Below, piece after piece: positions 12,221 through 22,547 of a stretch of 64,000 bases of DNA. Location of the stretch: the NCBI GenBank assembly GCA_965198175.1, contig OZ240245.1, forward strand, positions 896,001 to 960,000, given 5' to 3'. A program made the translations under genes and the position numbers. The notes below the pieces were generated by a model. The model saw only the letters and a list, made by a program, of their open reading frames with translations. It was not told the origin of the DNA and searched no databases. How positions within the stretch are numbered: the first letter of the stretch is position 1; each line of letters begins with the position of its first letter. The DNA comes from Candidatus Poribacteria bacterium. Lineage in GTDB: Bacteria; Poribacteria; WGA-4E; PCPOR2b.

Positions 12221-13051
12221 ATGGCATCTGACGACGATAGGTCGATGACCTTCTGGGAGCATCTTGAGGAGCTCCGGCGGGGGATAATCATATCTGCAAT
12301 TGCGGTTGGTATATCCGTGGTAGCAAGCCTATCGTTTCACAACTTTTACGCTAAAATCTTGACACTTCCATTGAATATGCCAATCAACGCGTCATTGGCA
12401 ACGTTGATAGATTGGGCCGGCACCTCGGAAGCATCAATCATTGGGTTTCTCGCAATTGTTCTGAGAGCCAGTGGTTCAACAGTTAACGCAGAAATCATAA
12501 AGGGCGGAGTTGTCGAAGGAATAATGGCTTACATTAAAATCAGCTTTACCTTTGGCTTTCTGCTTGCTTCACCTGTGGTGCTGTATCAGATTTGGTCGTT
12601 TATCTTCCCCGCGTTGACACGTCGGGAGAAAAGGTATGCACTTCCCCTGTTTTTGGTCGTCGTGTTCTTCTTCGTTTTTGGAGCGATTTTCGCCTATTTT
12701 ATCGTGGCACCAGTCGTGTTGGAATTTTCCGCAAAGCTATTCAAAGAATATGCGAACTTGTGGGAATTGGACAGATATGTGAATTTCCTCACGCGTTTGT
12801 TGATCGGGTTCGGCATCGCGTTCGAACTTCCGATTGTCATGGCGTTTCTGTCGTGGATTGGCGTGATTAATTCTCAGGGCTTTCGAGAACGACAAAACTA
12901 TGCGTTCCTCGGTATCCTTGTAATGTCCGCTATGTTAACGCCAGCGGATCCGGCGTCAATGCTTCTGATGGCAATTCCACTTATCGGACTCTATCAGTTG
13001 GGAATTTTTCTCGCTTTTCTCGTGGAAAGCGAGCCGGAAAGTTATGCTTGA
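12221..13051 (+). CDS. tatC: twin-arginine translocase TatC
   Basis: HLEELRR, YQIWSFIFPAL, FGIAFELP, LTPADP. Confidence 0.95.
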   Translation: MASDDDRSMTFWEHLEELRRGIIISAIAVGISVVASLSFHNFYAKILTLPLNMPINASLATLIDWAGTSEASIIGFLAIVLRASGSTVNAEIIKGGVVEGIMAYIKISFTFGFLLASPVVLYQIWSFIFPALTRREKRYALPLFLVVVFFFVFGAIFAYFIVAPVVLEFSAKLFKEYANLWELDRYVNFLTRLLIGFGIAFELPIVMAFLSWIGVINSQGFRERQNYAFLGILVMSAMLTPADPASMLLMAIPLIGLYQLGIFLAFLVESEPESYA

Positions 13052-13790
13052 TTTTGACCTACAAGAACAGTTACCTCTTTTATATGAACTGCAGCAAACC
13101 GACACCGAAATTCTGGCAGTTCGGCGTAAGCTGAAGTCCGTTCCAATCAAGATTAAAAGGTTGGAGGAGAGTTTTCAAATATATCAGCAGAAATTGGAAG
13201 AAAAGCAAAAACAGTTGACAGACGCAGAAAAGGAGCAACGCTCAAAAGCGGGGGCACTTGAGATGCAGCAAGAACAGCGCCGAAAATCTCAAGCGCGATT
13301 GCGGGAGGTGAAGACAAATAAAGAATATCAGGCGGTGGATCAAGAGATTAGTTTTCTCATGGGAAAAGAAGCGGAGATTGAAGACGAGATTTTAGAAATC
13401 ATGCTACTTATAGACCAACTCAAAGAGGAACTGAATCAACAACAAAAGGCATTCGACATAGAGCAAGCAAAGAATGATGAGCAGAAATCCCACTATGAAA
13501 AGGAAACTAACGCGCTCAAAGCACAAATTGCCGGTTATCAAGAAAAGCGTCTTAATTTTCACCCGAAGATTCATCGCGATCTAATAAATCGTTATCAGGA
13601 GTGGTTCAAACGCCAAGGCACAGGGCTAATTTCGTTGGTTGTGGACAATGTGTGTAGCAGTTGTCATCTCAGGATTCCGCCTCAGACGTTGCAGCAGGCT
13701 CGTAAGAATGAACAGATTATCCGATGTGGGAGCTGTCAACGTATCCTTTATGTTCTACCTTCCCTACCCGATGAAGAGTCTTCTGATTGA
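13044..13790 (+). CDS. coiled-coil plus C4 zinc-ribbon protein (CT398/HP0958 family)
   Basis: LQQTD, KTNKEY, CSSC...CGSCQRILY. Confidence 0.85.
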   Translation: MLDFDLQEQLPLLYELQQTDTEILAVRRKLKSVPIKIKRLEESFQIYQQKLEEKQKQLTDAEKEQRSKAGALEMQQEQRRKSQARLREVKTNKEYQAVDQEISFLMGKEAEIEDEILEIMLLIDQLKEELNQQQKAFDIEQAKNDEQKSHYEKETNALKAQIAGYQEKRLNFHPKIHRDLINRYQEWFKRQGTGLISLVVDNVCSSCHLRIPPQTLQQARKNEQIIRCGSCQRILYVLPSLPDEESSD

Positions 13791-13813
13791 CTCCCTTCGA
13801 CAATTGCGGAACA

Positions 13814-13916
13814 GATCAACTGAGCGAATAGCGAAGGCGATAGTTCTAACCGACAGTAGTGACTGCGATAGTCTCAACCGACAGAACTATCGCCCTCCCT
13901 ATTCGGTCGGTTAATC
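13814..13916. repeat. palindromic MITE-like dispersed repeat, copy 1
   Basis: GATCAACTGAGCGAATAGCGAAGGCGATAGTTCT ... AGAACTATCGCCCTCCCTATTCGGTCGGTTAATC; second copy at 19109. Confidence 0.75.
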
Positions 13917-14028
13917 ACTCACTATCCGTTCGCTTGATCCATCCACGATCAATGAGTGTAACGATTTCTGTGGGAATGAGTTCAACTGACAACATTAAGG
14001 CATTGCACGTCAAAGGAATAGAGAACTC

Positions 14029-14718
14029 TTGACTTCCATTCGTGAAAATTTATTGCAAGTTCAAGATCGAGTCGCTGCCGCAGCTGAACGCGCTGGACAT
14101 CATCCAGGGGCGGTACGCATTGTCGCCGTGTCCAAAACTAAGCCAGCTTCACGCATTTTTGAAGCAATTGAAGCCGGCGTCACAGAGATTGGGGAAAATC
14201 AACTTCAAGAAGCCAGAACCAAATATGATCAGATTGACCGTCCGGTGAAGTGGCATTTCGTTGGGCATCTACAAACAAACAAGGTCAAGGGAGCATTACA
14301 GATTTTCGATTTGATTCACTCGGTGGATAGCCTACGGCTACTCGCTGAAATCAATCGTCGATCCACTCAGTTGAATCGGCAGACTGACGTGTTGATTCAG
14401 GTCAACACGTCTGGCGAATCGAGTAAGTATGGTGTTCAACCGGAACAGACACTCAACTTCATGGAAAGCTCCCTAAATTACAGAAATGTCCGAATAAAAG
14501 GACTAATGACAATTGGACCGTTTACTCCGATTGTGGATGCGGTACGCCCTTCGTTTGCATTGTTAAGCCGAATACAGGAAAAAATTAAGGCGCAGCAGTT
14601 CGCGGGGGTTGAGATGGAATACCTTTCGATGGGCATGACTAACGATTTTGAAGTTGCCGTTGAAGAAGGAGCAAATCTTATCCGAATCGGCACAGCAATC
14701 TTCGGCAAACGGGAGTAG
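14029..14718 (+). CDS. yggS: PLP homeostasis protein YggS
   Basis: VAVSKT, GEN, WHFVGHLQTNK, LSMGMTND, IRIGTAIFG. Confidence 0.95.
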   Translation: MTSIRENLLQVQDRVAAAAERAGHHPGAVRIVAVSKTKPASRIFEAIEAGVTEIGENQLQEARTKYDQIDRPVKWHFVGHLQTNKVKGALQIFDLIHSVDSLRLLAEINRRSTQLNRQTDVLIQVNTSGESSKYGVQPEQTLNFMESSLNYRNVRIKGLMTIGPFTPIVDAVRPSFALLSRIQEKIKAQQFAGVEMEYLSMGMTNDFEVAVEEGANLIRIGTAIFGKRE

Positions 14719-14734
14719 GAAAGGAGTATAGACA

Positions 14735-15544
14735 ATGGATAGGACACTTCGATTGGGTGCCATAGGCGTTGGTAACATGGGAAGTGCGATTGTTAGAGGA
14801 GTGGTAGGCGATTTACTCCCACCCGAGCAAATCTGGATTACGGATATCTACAAACCTCCCGTCAATCAGTTGTGTGAAGAAGTGGGTGTTAATCGCGCAA
14901 ATACCATCTCTCAACTTGTGGGAAAAGTAGACTGCATTATATATGCAGCCAAGCCGAACAATGTGCCGGATACTTTTCCGGAAATCGCAGCTTCAATCCA
15001 GCCCCACCAATGGCTTATCTCTATTGCAGCAGGCGTACCAACAGCCAAATTAGAATCCTATTTTTCTCCTCCTGCCCCAATTGTTCGTGTGATGCCAAAC
15101 ATCACCATATCTGTTGGCGCTGCGGTCTCGGTAATCGCTGGTGGCAGCGCTGCTACAGACAACCATCTTGCTCTAACGCAAGCTATTTTTAATACTGTAG
15201 GCAAGTCGTTTGTCAGGGAAGATACATATCTTAACGCTGTTACAGGTTTGAGTGGCAGTGGGCCAGCATTCGTCTTCCTCTTTATTGAAGCGCTCGCTGA
15301 CGCGGGAGTGCAGGTTGGATTATCCCGCCCGGATGCATATCAACTCGCAGTACAAACTGTGTTTGGGGCGAGCAAGATGCTGGATCAAACTAAGGAACAT
15401 CCCGCGGTGCTGAAAAACCTTGTGACTACCCCCGGCGGAACAACGGCAGCCGGACTGTATGAACTCGAGCGTGGACGTCTGCGAGCAATTATCGCTGATG
15501 CGGTGATTGCAGCGACTAAACGTGCAGAGGCACTTGCAAATTAA
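14735..15544 (+). CDS. proC: pyrroline-5-carboxylate reductase
   Basis: GVGNMG, RVMPN, SGSGPAF, TTPGGTT. Confidence 0.95.
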   Translation: MDRTLRLGAIGVGNMGSAIVRGVVGDLLPPEQIWITDIYKPPVNQLCEEVGVNRANTISQLVGKVDCIIYAAKPNNVPDTFPEIAASIQPHQWLISIAAGVPTAKLESYFSPPAPIVRVMPNITISVGAAVSVIAGGSAATDNHLALTQAIFNTVGKSFVREDTYLNAVTGLSGSGPAFVFLFIEALADAGVQVGLSRPDAYQLAVQTVFGASKMLDQTKEHPAVLKNLVTTPGGTTAAGLYELERGRLRAIIADAVIAATKRAEALAN

Positions 15545-15570
15545 ATACTTATTGATAAGGAACCTAGACT

Positions 15571-15837
15571 ATGGGTTGGATATTGGGCAAATTGATTGGG
15601 CTCTATACACTAATTGTGGTCGCCAACGTGATTTTGTCTTGGTTGGTCCATCTTGGCAACCCGAATATGACGATTCGGAGATTCTATTGGGGGACGGGTC
15701 AATTGGTCCATCCGCTTTTAGATCCAATCCGCCAGATGCTCAGACCGCTAATGGGAAATGTCCCCTTCGACATCTCGCCAATCGTTCTGATTCTTCTGTT
15801 GACCACACTACGAAATATCGTGCACACAGCATTTTAG
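15571..15837 (+). CDS. yggT: YggT family membrane protein
   Basis: ILSW, PLLDPIRQML, DISPIVL; follows yggS-proC. Confidence 0.88.
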   Translation: MGWILGKLIGLYTLIVVANVILSWLVHLGNPNMTIRRFYWGTGQLVHPLLDPIRQMLRPLMGNVPFDISPIVLILLLTTLRNIVHTAF

Positions 15838-16074
15838 TATTTGGGATAGATGCAAAGATAACTCACGGCGCTACTATAAAAAAAGGGATCAGGAATTAGA
15901 AGGATCGCTGGTTCCTGAAAAACATAGAGTTACACCATAATTGGATACAAAGATTTCATCGAAGTTGTCGGGGTTTGACATCAATCGATGTTGATCTTGA
16001 TGTTGAATTCCATCTCGGTTTGTCGCCCGAAATGCTGACTTCCCAATCTACTTCTACTGCACATATGGAGAATC

Positions 16075-16380
16075 TTGATGAGTTTTACAGTAATCGTCAG
16101 CTACCAAGCTAAGTCGGACAAAATTGATGCGCTTCTAGACTTTTTGACCGATTTCCAACCTAACTTGCTCGACGCAGGTTGTGAGAGCGTTTCACTGCTT
16201 CAAGATCAAGATCAAAGACATCGTATCTTTGAAATAGAGCAATGGGAATCCGCTGAAGCGCACGAGCAAATGGTCAATCAAGCAGAAGAAGCGAGTGCGT
16301 TCGATCTGTTGGCGGAATTATTGGAGGTTCCCTATGTGGCATATTCTCTCGACACGATTCATGCAATGCGGGGCAGTTGA
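16075..16380 (+). CDS. antibiotic biosynthesis monooxygenase (ABM) domain protein
   Basis: AGC...LLQD, IEQWESAEAH. Confidence 0.75.
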   Translation: MMSFTVIVSYQAKSDKIDALLDFLTDFQPNLLDAGCESVSLLQDQDQRHRIFEIEQWESAEAHEQMVNQAEEASAFDLLAELLEVPYVAYSLDTIHAMRGS

Positions 16381-16465
16381 TTTTAATGGCGGTTTGTTTG
16401 CAACTTCGGCGAAGGTTGGCTAGGTGCAATAGATAGAGCCTCATCCATATCGTGCATAGGGAAAG

Positions 16466-16981
16466 TTGTCGATGCTGAGAAACGTAATCAAACCTTTTCT
16501 TCCCTTACTCGGAATTACCTCTCTCGTTCTCATCGCAGATCAGTTGACAAAGTGGTTCATCCTAGAAAACATTGCGCCGCGCAATCCGCCAGTTATTGTT
16601 ATTGTTGAAGGGATTTTTGAACTTAGCTATACCACAAACACCGGTGCTGCCTTCGGATTGATGCGTGGGCAAAACTTGATGCTCACGATTATCACCATCG
16701 CTGCTATCGGCTTTATTTTTGTCTATTACAAACAGTACCTGCACAGTTTATGGATGAGAATTGCCCTCAGCGTTCTACTCGGCGGAGCACTCGGTAATTT
16801 TATGGATCGAATTCGTCACGCCGAAGTCACAGATTTTCTTCGGTTTCGATTGCTGCCGGATTTTTGGTGGCCAACTTTTAACCTTGCTGATGTAGCTGTC
16901 TGTATCGGGGCAGCAATGCTCATGATTCACCTGTTTCGTCATCGAGGAGATTACGATGCTGACAAACAAAGTGAAAACTAA
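16466..16981 (+). CDS. lspA: lipoprotein signal peptidase II
   Basis: DQLTK, NTGAAFG, GALGNFMDR, VTDF, FNLADV. Confidence 0.95.
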   Translation: MSMLRNVIKPFLPLLGITSLVLIADQLTKWFILENIAPRNPPVIVIVEGIFELSYTTNTGAAFGLMRGQNLMLTIITIAAIGFIFVYYKQYLHSLWMRIALSVLLGGALGNFMDRIRHAEVTDFLRFRLLPDFWWPTFNLADVAVCIGAAMLMIHLFRHRGDYDADKQSEN

Positions 16982-17453
16982 ACTGTTGTCCGTTCTGATA
17001 ATTTCGTTGATAGTGGCAGTAAAGCCCCAGGCCCAATCTCAATATCCGCCGGAGGAAAAGCCATCCACCCGCACAAGACAAGGCAGAGCCCCGCAAAGAG
17101 AAGTCTATCAAGAGAGCGCATTGCGCCGATTCGAGATTGTGACGCTCGTTTCACTACCGTTCACAGCAATTCATAGCTTTCTCGCTGTACGCGGAGTTGA
17201 AATGATTCGGCAAAACCAAGTTGCCCCTCAGCTTGACAGTGCAGATTTTAAAATTATGGGTGTATCAGCCGTGTCACTCGCACTCTTCATTGGTTTCTGG
17301 GATTGGCTTCATACACACGATAAAAACTTGTCAGAGCAGCTTATTCCAACGTCTCCACCATCCGCACCGCCTCCGAAAAAAGTCAGTGCACGCGAATGGG
17401 AGTTGGACGATTCGCCAGGTCTTTTTGTTCCATTGGTTCTCCTTCGATTTTAG
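16956..17453 (+). CDS. hypothetical membrane protein with signal peptide
   Basis: N-terminal hydrophobic segment, two TM helices, GGAG SD, overlaps lspA end. Confidence 0.65.
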   Translation: MLTNKVKTKLLSVLIISLIVAVKPQAQSQYPPEEKPSTRTRQGRAPQREVYQESALRRFEIVTLVSLPFTAIHSFLAVRGVEMIRQNQVAPQLDSADFKIMGVSAVSLALFIGFWDWLHTHDKNLSEQLIPTSPPSAPPPKKVSAREWELDDSPGLFVPLVLLRF

Positions 17454-17532
17454 CAGTTTTGTCGATCATGAACCGATAGTACCAAAATTCAACTGGATGT
17501 GGCTTATCAATCTGTAGGTCACATATCAAGCT

Positions 17533-18054
17533 ATGGCAATTTTGGAAATTCAGGTCGGTGAGAATACGCCTAATTTACGTGAGAAAGCCTCACCTGTCGA
17601 ACAGATTTCCGCGGATCTCCCTCAACTGATTCAGGATATGTTTGAGACGATGCGGTCCGCTCAAGGAATTGGGTTAGCTGCTCCACAGATAGGTGTGTCC
17701 AAAAGGATAATTATCATCGACATCAATCACTATCACCCTGAGATTCCGCCAATCGCCCTGATTAATCCGGTAATTACGAACGCAGTGGGTGAGGAACTGG
17801 GAGAGGAAGGTTGCTTGAGTTTGCCCGGCTACAGGGGAATTGTAAGGCGTGCCATAGATGTTACGGTGAACGGACTGCTTCCGAATGCAGATGAAATCGA
17901 ATTTGAAGCGAGCGGATTAATGGCACGAGTCTTACAGCATGAAATCGATCATCTCGACGGTATTTTGTTCATTGACCGATTGATTCTTGAGGATCAGGAG
18001 TTGCTGGAAGCTCAGCCTGAAAGCGGCATCGAAAAAGGTCACAACGACAGTTAG
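17533..18054 (+). CDS. def: peptide deformylase
   Basis: GIGLAAPQIG, EGCLS, QHEIDHLDG. Confidence 0.97.
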   Translation: MAILEIQVGENTPNLREKASPVEQISADLPQLIQDMFETMRSAQGIGLAAPQIGVSKRIIIIDINHYHPEIPPIALINPVITNAVGEELGEEGCLSLPGYRGIVRRAIDVTVNGLLPNADEIEFEASGLMARVLQHEIDHLDGILFIDRLILEDQELLEAQPESGIEKGHNDS

Positions 18055-18166
18055 AGACCGTCGTTGAAAATTTATTCGGATTTTAGCCAATCGTTCATCA
18101 TACGATGGTATCCGATAATTGGGCGGATATTGAAGAACAAAGCCGAATGGACAGAGCTATTGAACA

Positions 18167-19126
18167 ATGAGAATCGTCTTCATGGGAACGGGCGAATTTG
18201 CTATCCCTAGCCTGGAACAACTGATCACTGGAAACTTCGATATCCTCGGTGTTGTGACGCAACCGGATCGACCTAGCGGCAGAGGCAAGCGGCTCAACCC
18301 ACCGCCCGTCAAGATCTTTGCTTCCGAGCTTGGCTTGTCGATTTATCAACCCGATAAGGTACGTCATCGCGATTTTATTCGTGTTTTAAAAAAACTTCAA
18401 CCGACAGCTATCGTAGTTGCCGCATTCGGCCAATTTCTACCCAAATCCGTGTTAGCTATCCCACCTTGTGGATGTATCAACACCCATCCGTCTCTACTTC
18501 CGAAATATCGAGGAGCCGCGCCAATTCAATGGGCATTAATCAATGGTGAGACAGAGACAGGGGTTACAATTATGCTGCTTGATGAAGGGGCGGATACAGG
18601 GGATATCATCTTACAAAAGCGGGTGAAAATTGACCCTCGAGATACAGCTTCAACACTCTCCAATCGCTTGGCGCATTTAGCCGCTCCTCTGTTGATTCAA
18701 GCGTTGGAAAGTGCATCGGACGTTCCTCCTCCTCACTCTCCCCAAAATCACGCGGAAGCGACACACGCTCCTCGATTGACAAAAGAGGTCGGGCAGATCG
18801 ACTGGGAAAAATACGCGGCAGAAATTTGCAATTTAGTGCGTGGAACCGCGACTTGGCCCAGCGCATATACCTATTTTGGAGATAACCTTCGCTTGAAGAT
18901 AATTGACAGTGCTCCTATCAATCATGCGAATTTATCAGATTTTCCCCCGGGTACAATTCAAATTACCCCTGACAAGGAACTCATTGTATTTGCGGGGAAG
19001 GGAGCAGTGCGACTAAATCATGTGCAACCCGCGAACAGACGTAAAATAAGTGGTTACGACTTTATCAACGGTCATCGTTTGAAAACGGGGGATCGATTTT
19101 TTCGTAGGGATCAACCGAGCGAATAG
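18167..19126 (+). CDS. fmt: methionyl-tRNA formyltransferase
   Basis: FMGT, HPSLLPKYRGAAPI, DTGDI. Confidence 0.97.
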   Translation: MRIVFMGTGEFAIPSLEQLITGNFDILGVVTQPDRPSGRGKRLNPPPVKIFASELGLSIYQPDKVRHRDFIRVLKKLQPTAIVVAAFGQFLPKSVLAIPPCGCINTHPSLLPKYRGAAPIQWALINGETETGVTIMLLDEGADTGDIILQKRVKIDPRDTASTLSNRLAHLAAPLLIQALESASDVPPPHSPQNHAEATHAPRLTKEVGQIDWEKYAAEICNLVRGTATWPSAYTYFGDNLRLKIIDSAPINHANLSDFPPGTIQITPDKELIVFAGKGAVRLNHVQPANRRKISGYDFINGHRLKTGDRFFRRDQPSE

Positions 19127-19231
19127 CGAGGGCGATAGTTCTAACCGACAAGCAGGTACAATCTCAAAGGAACGAATAGCGACTGCGATAGGCTTCTAAA
19201 ACTATCGCACTCCCTGTTCGGTCGCTTGATC
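19109..19231. repeat. palindromic MITE-like dispersed repeat, copy 2 (supplies the fmt stop codon)
   Basis: GATCAACCGAGCGAATAGCGAGGGCGATAGTTCT ... ACTATCGCACTCCCTGTTCGGTCGCTTGATC. Confidence 0.75.
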
Positions 19232-19238
19232 ATTCTAA

Positions 19239-20216
19239 ATGATGAGCCGAAATGCCGTTTTCATTGCGATTATCAAAGTTACCTCGCTCAGCCTCATTGC
19301 TGTTGGCATTTTAGGATCGATTTTGTTGTTTATCGTTGTTCCTGGTCTGGTCCGGAGTGACGAAGTTGCTGTTCCTAATCTGATAAATCAGAGCCATCAA
19401 CAAGCAATTCAGCTTGTCTACAACGCAGGGTTACAACTCGATCCAGAACTTGAGCAAAAGCCAAGCGATGTGGTTCCGGAAGGGCATGTAATTGAACAAG
19501 AACCCCTCGCTAACTTCAAAGTAAAACGGAACAAGCCGGTTCGACTGACTTTGAGTGTGGGAAACGAAAGGATAGCAGTGCCTGATGTTGTGAGTCAATC
19601 CTTGGGGGACGGGGAAAGAATTCTCAAAAGCGCTGGATTTCGGCGAGGGCGCGTTGCAACCGTCCATTCGGATCGCTATCCTACAATCAATACCGTGATC
19701 GCGCAAACACCTCTAGCCGGTTCCACTAATCAGCGCGGAACACTTCTGCATCTGCTATTGAGCTCAGGGCCGCGTCCAAAAATCTTGCGGATGCCGGATT
19801 TGCGTCGTATGGGGCTTGATGAAGTTCGTACTTTGCTTGAATCACACCGCCTTAAAATTGGGAGAGAAAATTACGCGCTGCATCCAGATATCAATCAAGG
19901 GTTGATTATCAGCCACGAACCGGACGCCGGTGCACTGATTCCCGTGGGTCAAGTTGTTAATCTCGAAATTAGCGGATCACCTATAAGCCCGGGGGAAAAA
20001 GGGGAATTCGTCGTCATTAAGCACGAAGTGTCCTCAACAACTACCGCCGCCAAACACGTGACCATTTTTGTGGTGGACGACCGCGGAAAAAAAAGAGTGA
20101 TTGACAAAAACTACCAGTCTGGATTTCTGATTTCACAGCCCTATAAAGTCGTTGGTGAAGCAACGATGATTGTTTATGAAGATAACATTGAAGTCATGAG
20201 GAAGAAACTTTGGTGA
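19239..20216 (+). CDS. PASTA-domain membrane protein (3 PASTA repeats)
   Basis: TM helix, then VPNL/VPDV/MPDL...G.VI.Q.P repeats. Confidence 0.9.
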   Translation: MMSRNAVFIAIIKVTSLSLIAVGILGSILLFIVVPGLVRSDEVAVPNLINQSHQQAIQLVYNAGLQLDPELEQKPSDVVPEGHVIEQEPLANFKVKRNKPVRLTLSVGNERIAVPDVVSQSLGDGERILKSAGFRRGRVATVHSDRYPTINTVIAQTPLAGSTNQRGTLLHLLLSSGPRPKILRMPDLRRMGLDEVRTLLESHRLKIGRENYALHPDINQGLIISHEPDAGALIPVGQVVNLEISGSPISPGEKGEFVVIKHEVSSTTTAAKHVTIFVVDDRGKKRVIDKNYQSGFLISQPYKVVGEATMIVYEDNIEVMRKKLW

Positions 20217-20887
20217 CCGAAAACAAAATTAAGATTGCCCCATCAATGCTATCAGCGGATTTCAGCCGGATGGGTGAGGAAGTTTGCAAAGTTGTCGAAG
20301 CTGGCGCCGATCTTATCCACCTTGATGTCATGGATGCTCATTTCACTCCTAATTTGACGATGGGACCGCAACTTGTCAAATCCATCAGACGCTATACCGA
20401 TCTCCCTTTCGATGTGCACTTGATGATTACACATCCTCAAGATTACATTGATGTATTCGCGGAGGCCGGCGCGGGGTTCATCACGTTTCATCTCGAAATC
20501 AATTTTCCTATTCAGAAAGTGATCGATCAGATTAAAAAAAATGGGATACAGGCAGGCATTGCCCTCCGCCCTGTAACGCCGATATCATCGGTTGAACCGT
20601 ACCTTGCCGATCTGGATCTCATCCTGCCCATGAGCGTTGACCCAGGCTTTAGCGGTCAATCGTTCATGATGAACACCCTTGAAAAACTAGATCAGTTACA
20701 GAAACTTATCCGTGCACAGGATAAAAAGATAGAGATTGAGGTCGACGGAGGCATAACACTCGACACCGCCCGATTAGTGGGAAGCCGTGGGGCAACTATT
20801 TTAGTAGCGGGTACGGCAATTTTCCGCAGCGACAATCTTAAACAGGCGATAGGTGGATTGCGAGAAGCCGCTTCCCCATCATGTTAA
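20210..20887 (+). CDS. rpe: ribulose-phosphate 3-epimerase
   Basis: IAPSMLSADF, HLDVMD, DVHLM, EVDGGI. Confidence 0.96.
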   Translation: MVTENKIKIAPSMLSADFSRMGEEVCKVVEAGADLIHLDVMDAHFTPNLTMGPQLVKSIRRYTDLPFDVHLMITHPQDYIDVFAEAGAGFITFHLEINFPIQKVIDQIKKNGIQAGIALRPVTPISSVEPYLADLDLILPMSVDPGFSGQSFMMNTLEKLDQLQKLIRAQDKKIEIEVDGGITLDTARLVGSRGATILVAGTAIFRSDNLKQAIGGLREAASPSC

Positions 20888-21427
20888 GTGGCTCTGTATT
20901 TTGTCAAGAAGATGGTTTACGCACGTTGCTGCTTCCATCGGAAAGACCTCCCCTTTGTGCTAAGGGGGAGCTAGAGGGGGTGTTTTGCACGCGTGTTCAA
21001 TCCGACAGCTAGTCTGAATTTGGTATCTAGACCAACAGAGAAATAGTTGTCAGAACTTTACGTCTCCTTTACCATTACGGTAGATTGAAAAAATTCTATC
21101 TGCTCTCAGTTTGTGTAAAGGTCGACAAGCTAATTCCACACCTTTTCTTTAATGCGCCACAATTTCCTCTTACCTACCAAATAAACTTACCTAATCTAAT
21201 TGTCCTCGTCTTTGGACAAGCGAGCTCGCAGAGCAAATTGCAACTCATCGTCTGAAAACGGTTAAGCCAAACTGACATCTTCTTGTCACACTCGAACTCC
21301 TGTTGGCGATTGATAACATATCCATAACGTGATAGGATGTGTTGTGATGAACTTACCCCCAATGTTTAGACAGTCATGCTTGTCTATTAAGGTGTAAAGG
21401 CTACGCAATCCGGCTATGCTTCAACAC

Positions 21428-22204
21428 CTAATATTGTTGGAAATACACCTTGTGAGGTGTTTTAGTATTGAGCGGCGCATGAAGCCGCTCCTCATTATAA
21501 AACTTGAAATAGTTGTTCAAGCCACACCAAGCAGTTTGAACTGAGTCATACGGGTGAAGATAGACATGTTCATACTTTACTGTCCGCCAGAGCCGCTCAA
21601 TGAAAATGTTGTCAAACACTCTGCCTGCCCCAGTCCAACTGATGCGAATGTTAGCCGATTCAAGCCGAGTGGTAAAGGCATCAGACGTGAACTGGGCACC
21701 CCGGTCGCTATTGAAAATCAAGGGGCTAGAACAACTCAATGCCCGTTCTAGAGCCGACAGACAAAAGAAAACGTCTAGTGAATTTGACACTTCCCATGAT
21801 AACACATATCGAGAGTACCAATCCATAATGGCTACTAGATAGACAAAGCCGGTGTTCAAGCGGATATAGGTGATATCAGTTGCCCACACCTGGTCCGGTC
21901 GAGTGATACTTAAATCCTTCAGTAAATAAGCATACTTTTTCGACGGTCTACCGTTCTTAGAGGTGCTGGGCTTGGGATAGATGGCAACTAAGTCCATGTT
22001 TCGCATCAACCGAGCAATCCGTTTCCGGTTGACAACGTAGCCTTTAGCACAAAGCCAGTCCGTCATTCGAGGTACGCCGTAGAACGGGGTCTTGGTGTAC
22101 TGCTCATCAATCAGACGCATATAAAGCAGGTTTTCCGGCGGCTCTACCGCGGGTTGATAATAATACGAAGCGCGTGGCAATCCTAACAGTTCGCATTGTC
22201 TCAA
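21428..22204 (-). CDS. IS3 OrfB DDE transposase domain
   Basis: WATDITY, FNSDRGAQF, DNIFIERLWRTVKYE. Confidence 0.95.
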   Translation of the reverse strand: MRQCELLGLPRASYYYQPAVEPPENLLYMRLIDEQYTKTPFYGVPRMTDWLCAKGYVVNRKRIARLMRNMDLVAIYPKPSTSKNGRPSKKYAYLLKDLSITRPDQVWATDITYIRLNTGFVYLVAIMDWYSRYVLSWEVSNSLDVFFCLSALERALSCSSPLIFNSDRGAQFTSDAFTTRLESANIRISWTGAGRVFDNIFIERLWRTVKYEHVYLHPYDSVQTAWCGLNNYFKFYNEERLHAPLNTKTPHKVYFQQY

Positions 22205-22250
22205 AACCGATGGAGAACCGCTCTCTTGGTTGACAAGCCGCCGCTTGTGT

Positions 22251-22547
22251 TCAACGGAGCAGTCGAGTTTTTTTTTGAAGCCAGTCTAGTTCGACCTTCA
22301 ACTGACCGATTTGCCGGTAGAGTTCAGCTATGAGTCGGTCGTTATCAGAAGTTGCTTGAGTGTGTCCGTTTGCAAAAAGCTGGGGTGATGCCTCCAGAAT
22401 CTGTCTTTTCCACTGGCTGACCTGATTCGGGTGGACTTCGTAGTCACTGGCAATCTGGGCCATGGTGCGTTGATTCTTTATCGCCTCAATCGCCACTTGT
22501 GCTTTGAATCGGTTATCGTACTGCTTTCTACGAGCCATGCTAAACAA
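22251..22547 (-). CDS. IS3 OrfA HTH protein, with A9 slippery site for -1 frameshift
   Basis: FKAQVAIEA, VHPNQVSQWK, LYRQIGQLKVELDWLQKK; A9 run at about 22268-22276 on the minus strand. Confidence 0.93.
   Translation of the reverse strand: MFSMARRKQYDNRFKAQVAIEAIKNQRTMAQIASDYEVHPNQVSQWKRQILEASPQLFANGHTQATSDNDRLIAELYRQIGQLKVELDWLQKKTRLLR

Noticed and set aside
20945..20982. CCCCTT..AAGGGGG palindrome after rpe
   Set aside because: Single copy here; probably a generic REP or terminator with nothing more supportable.
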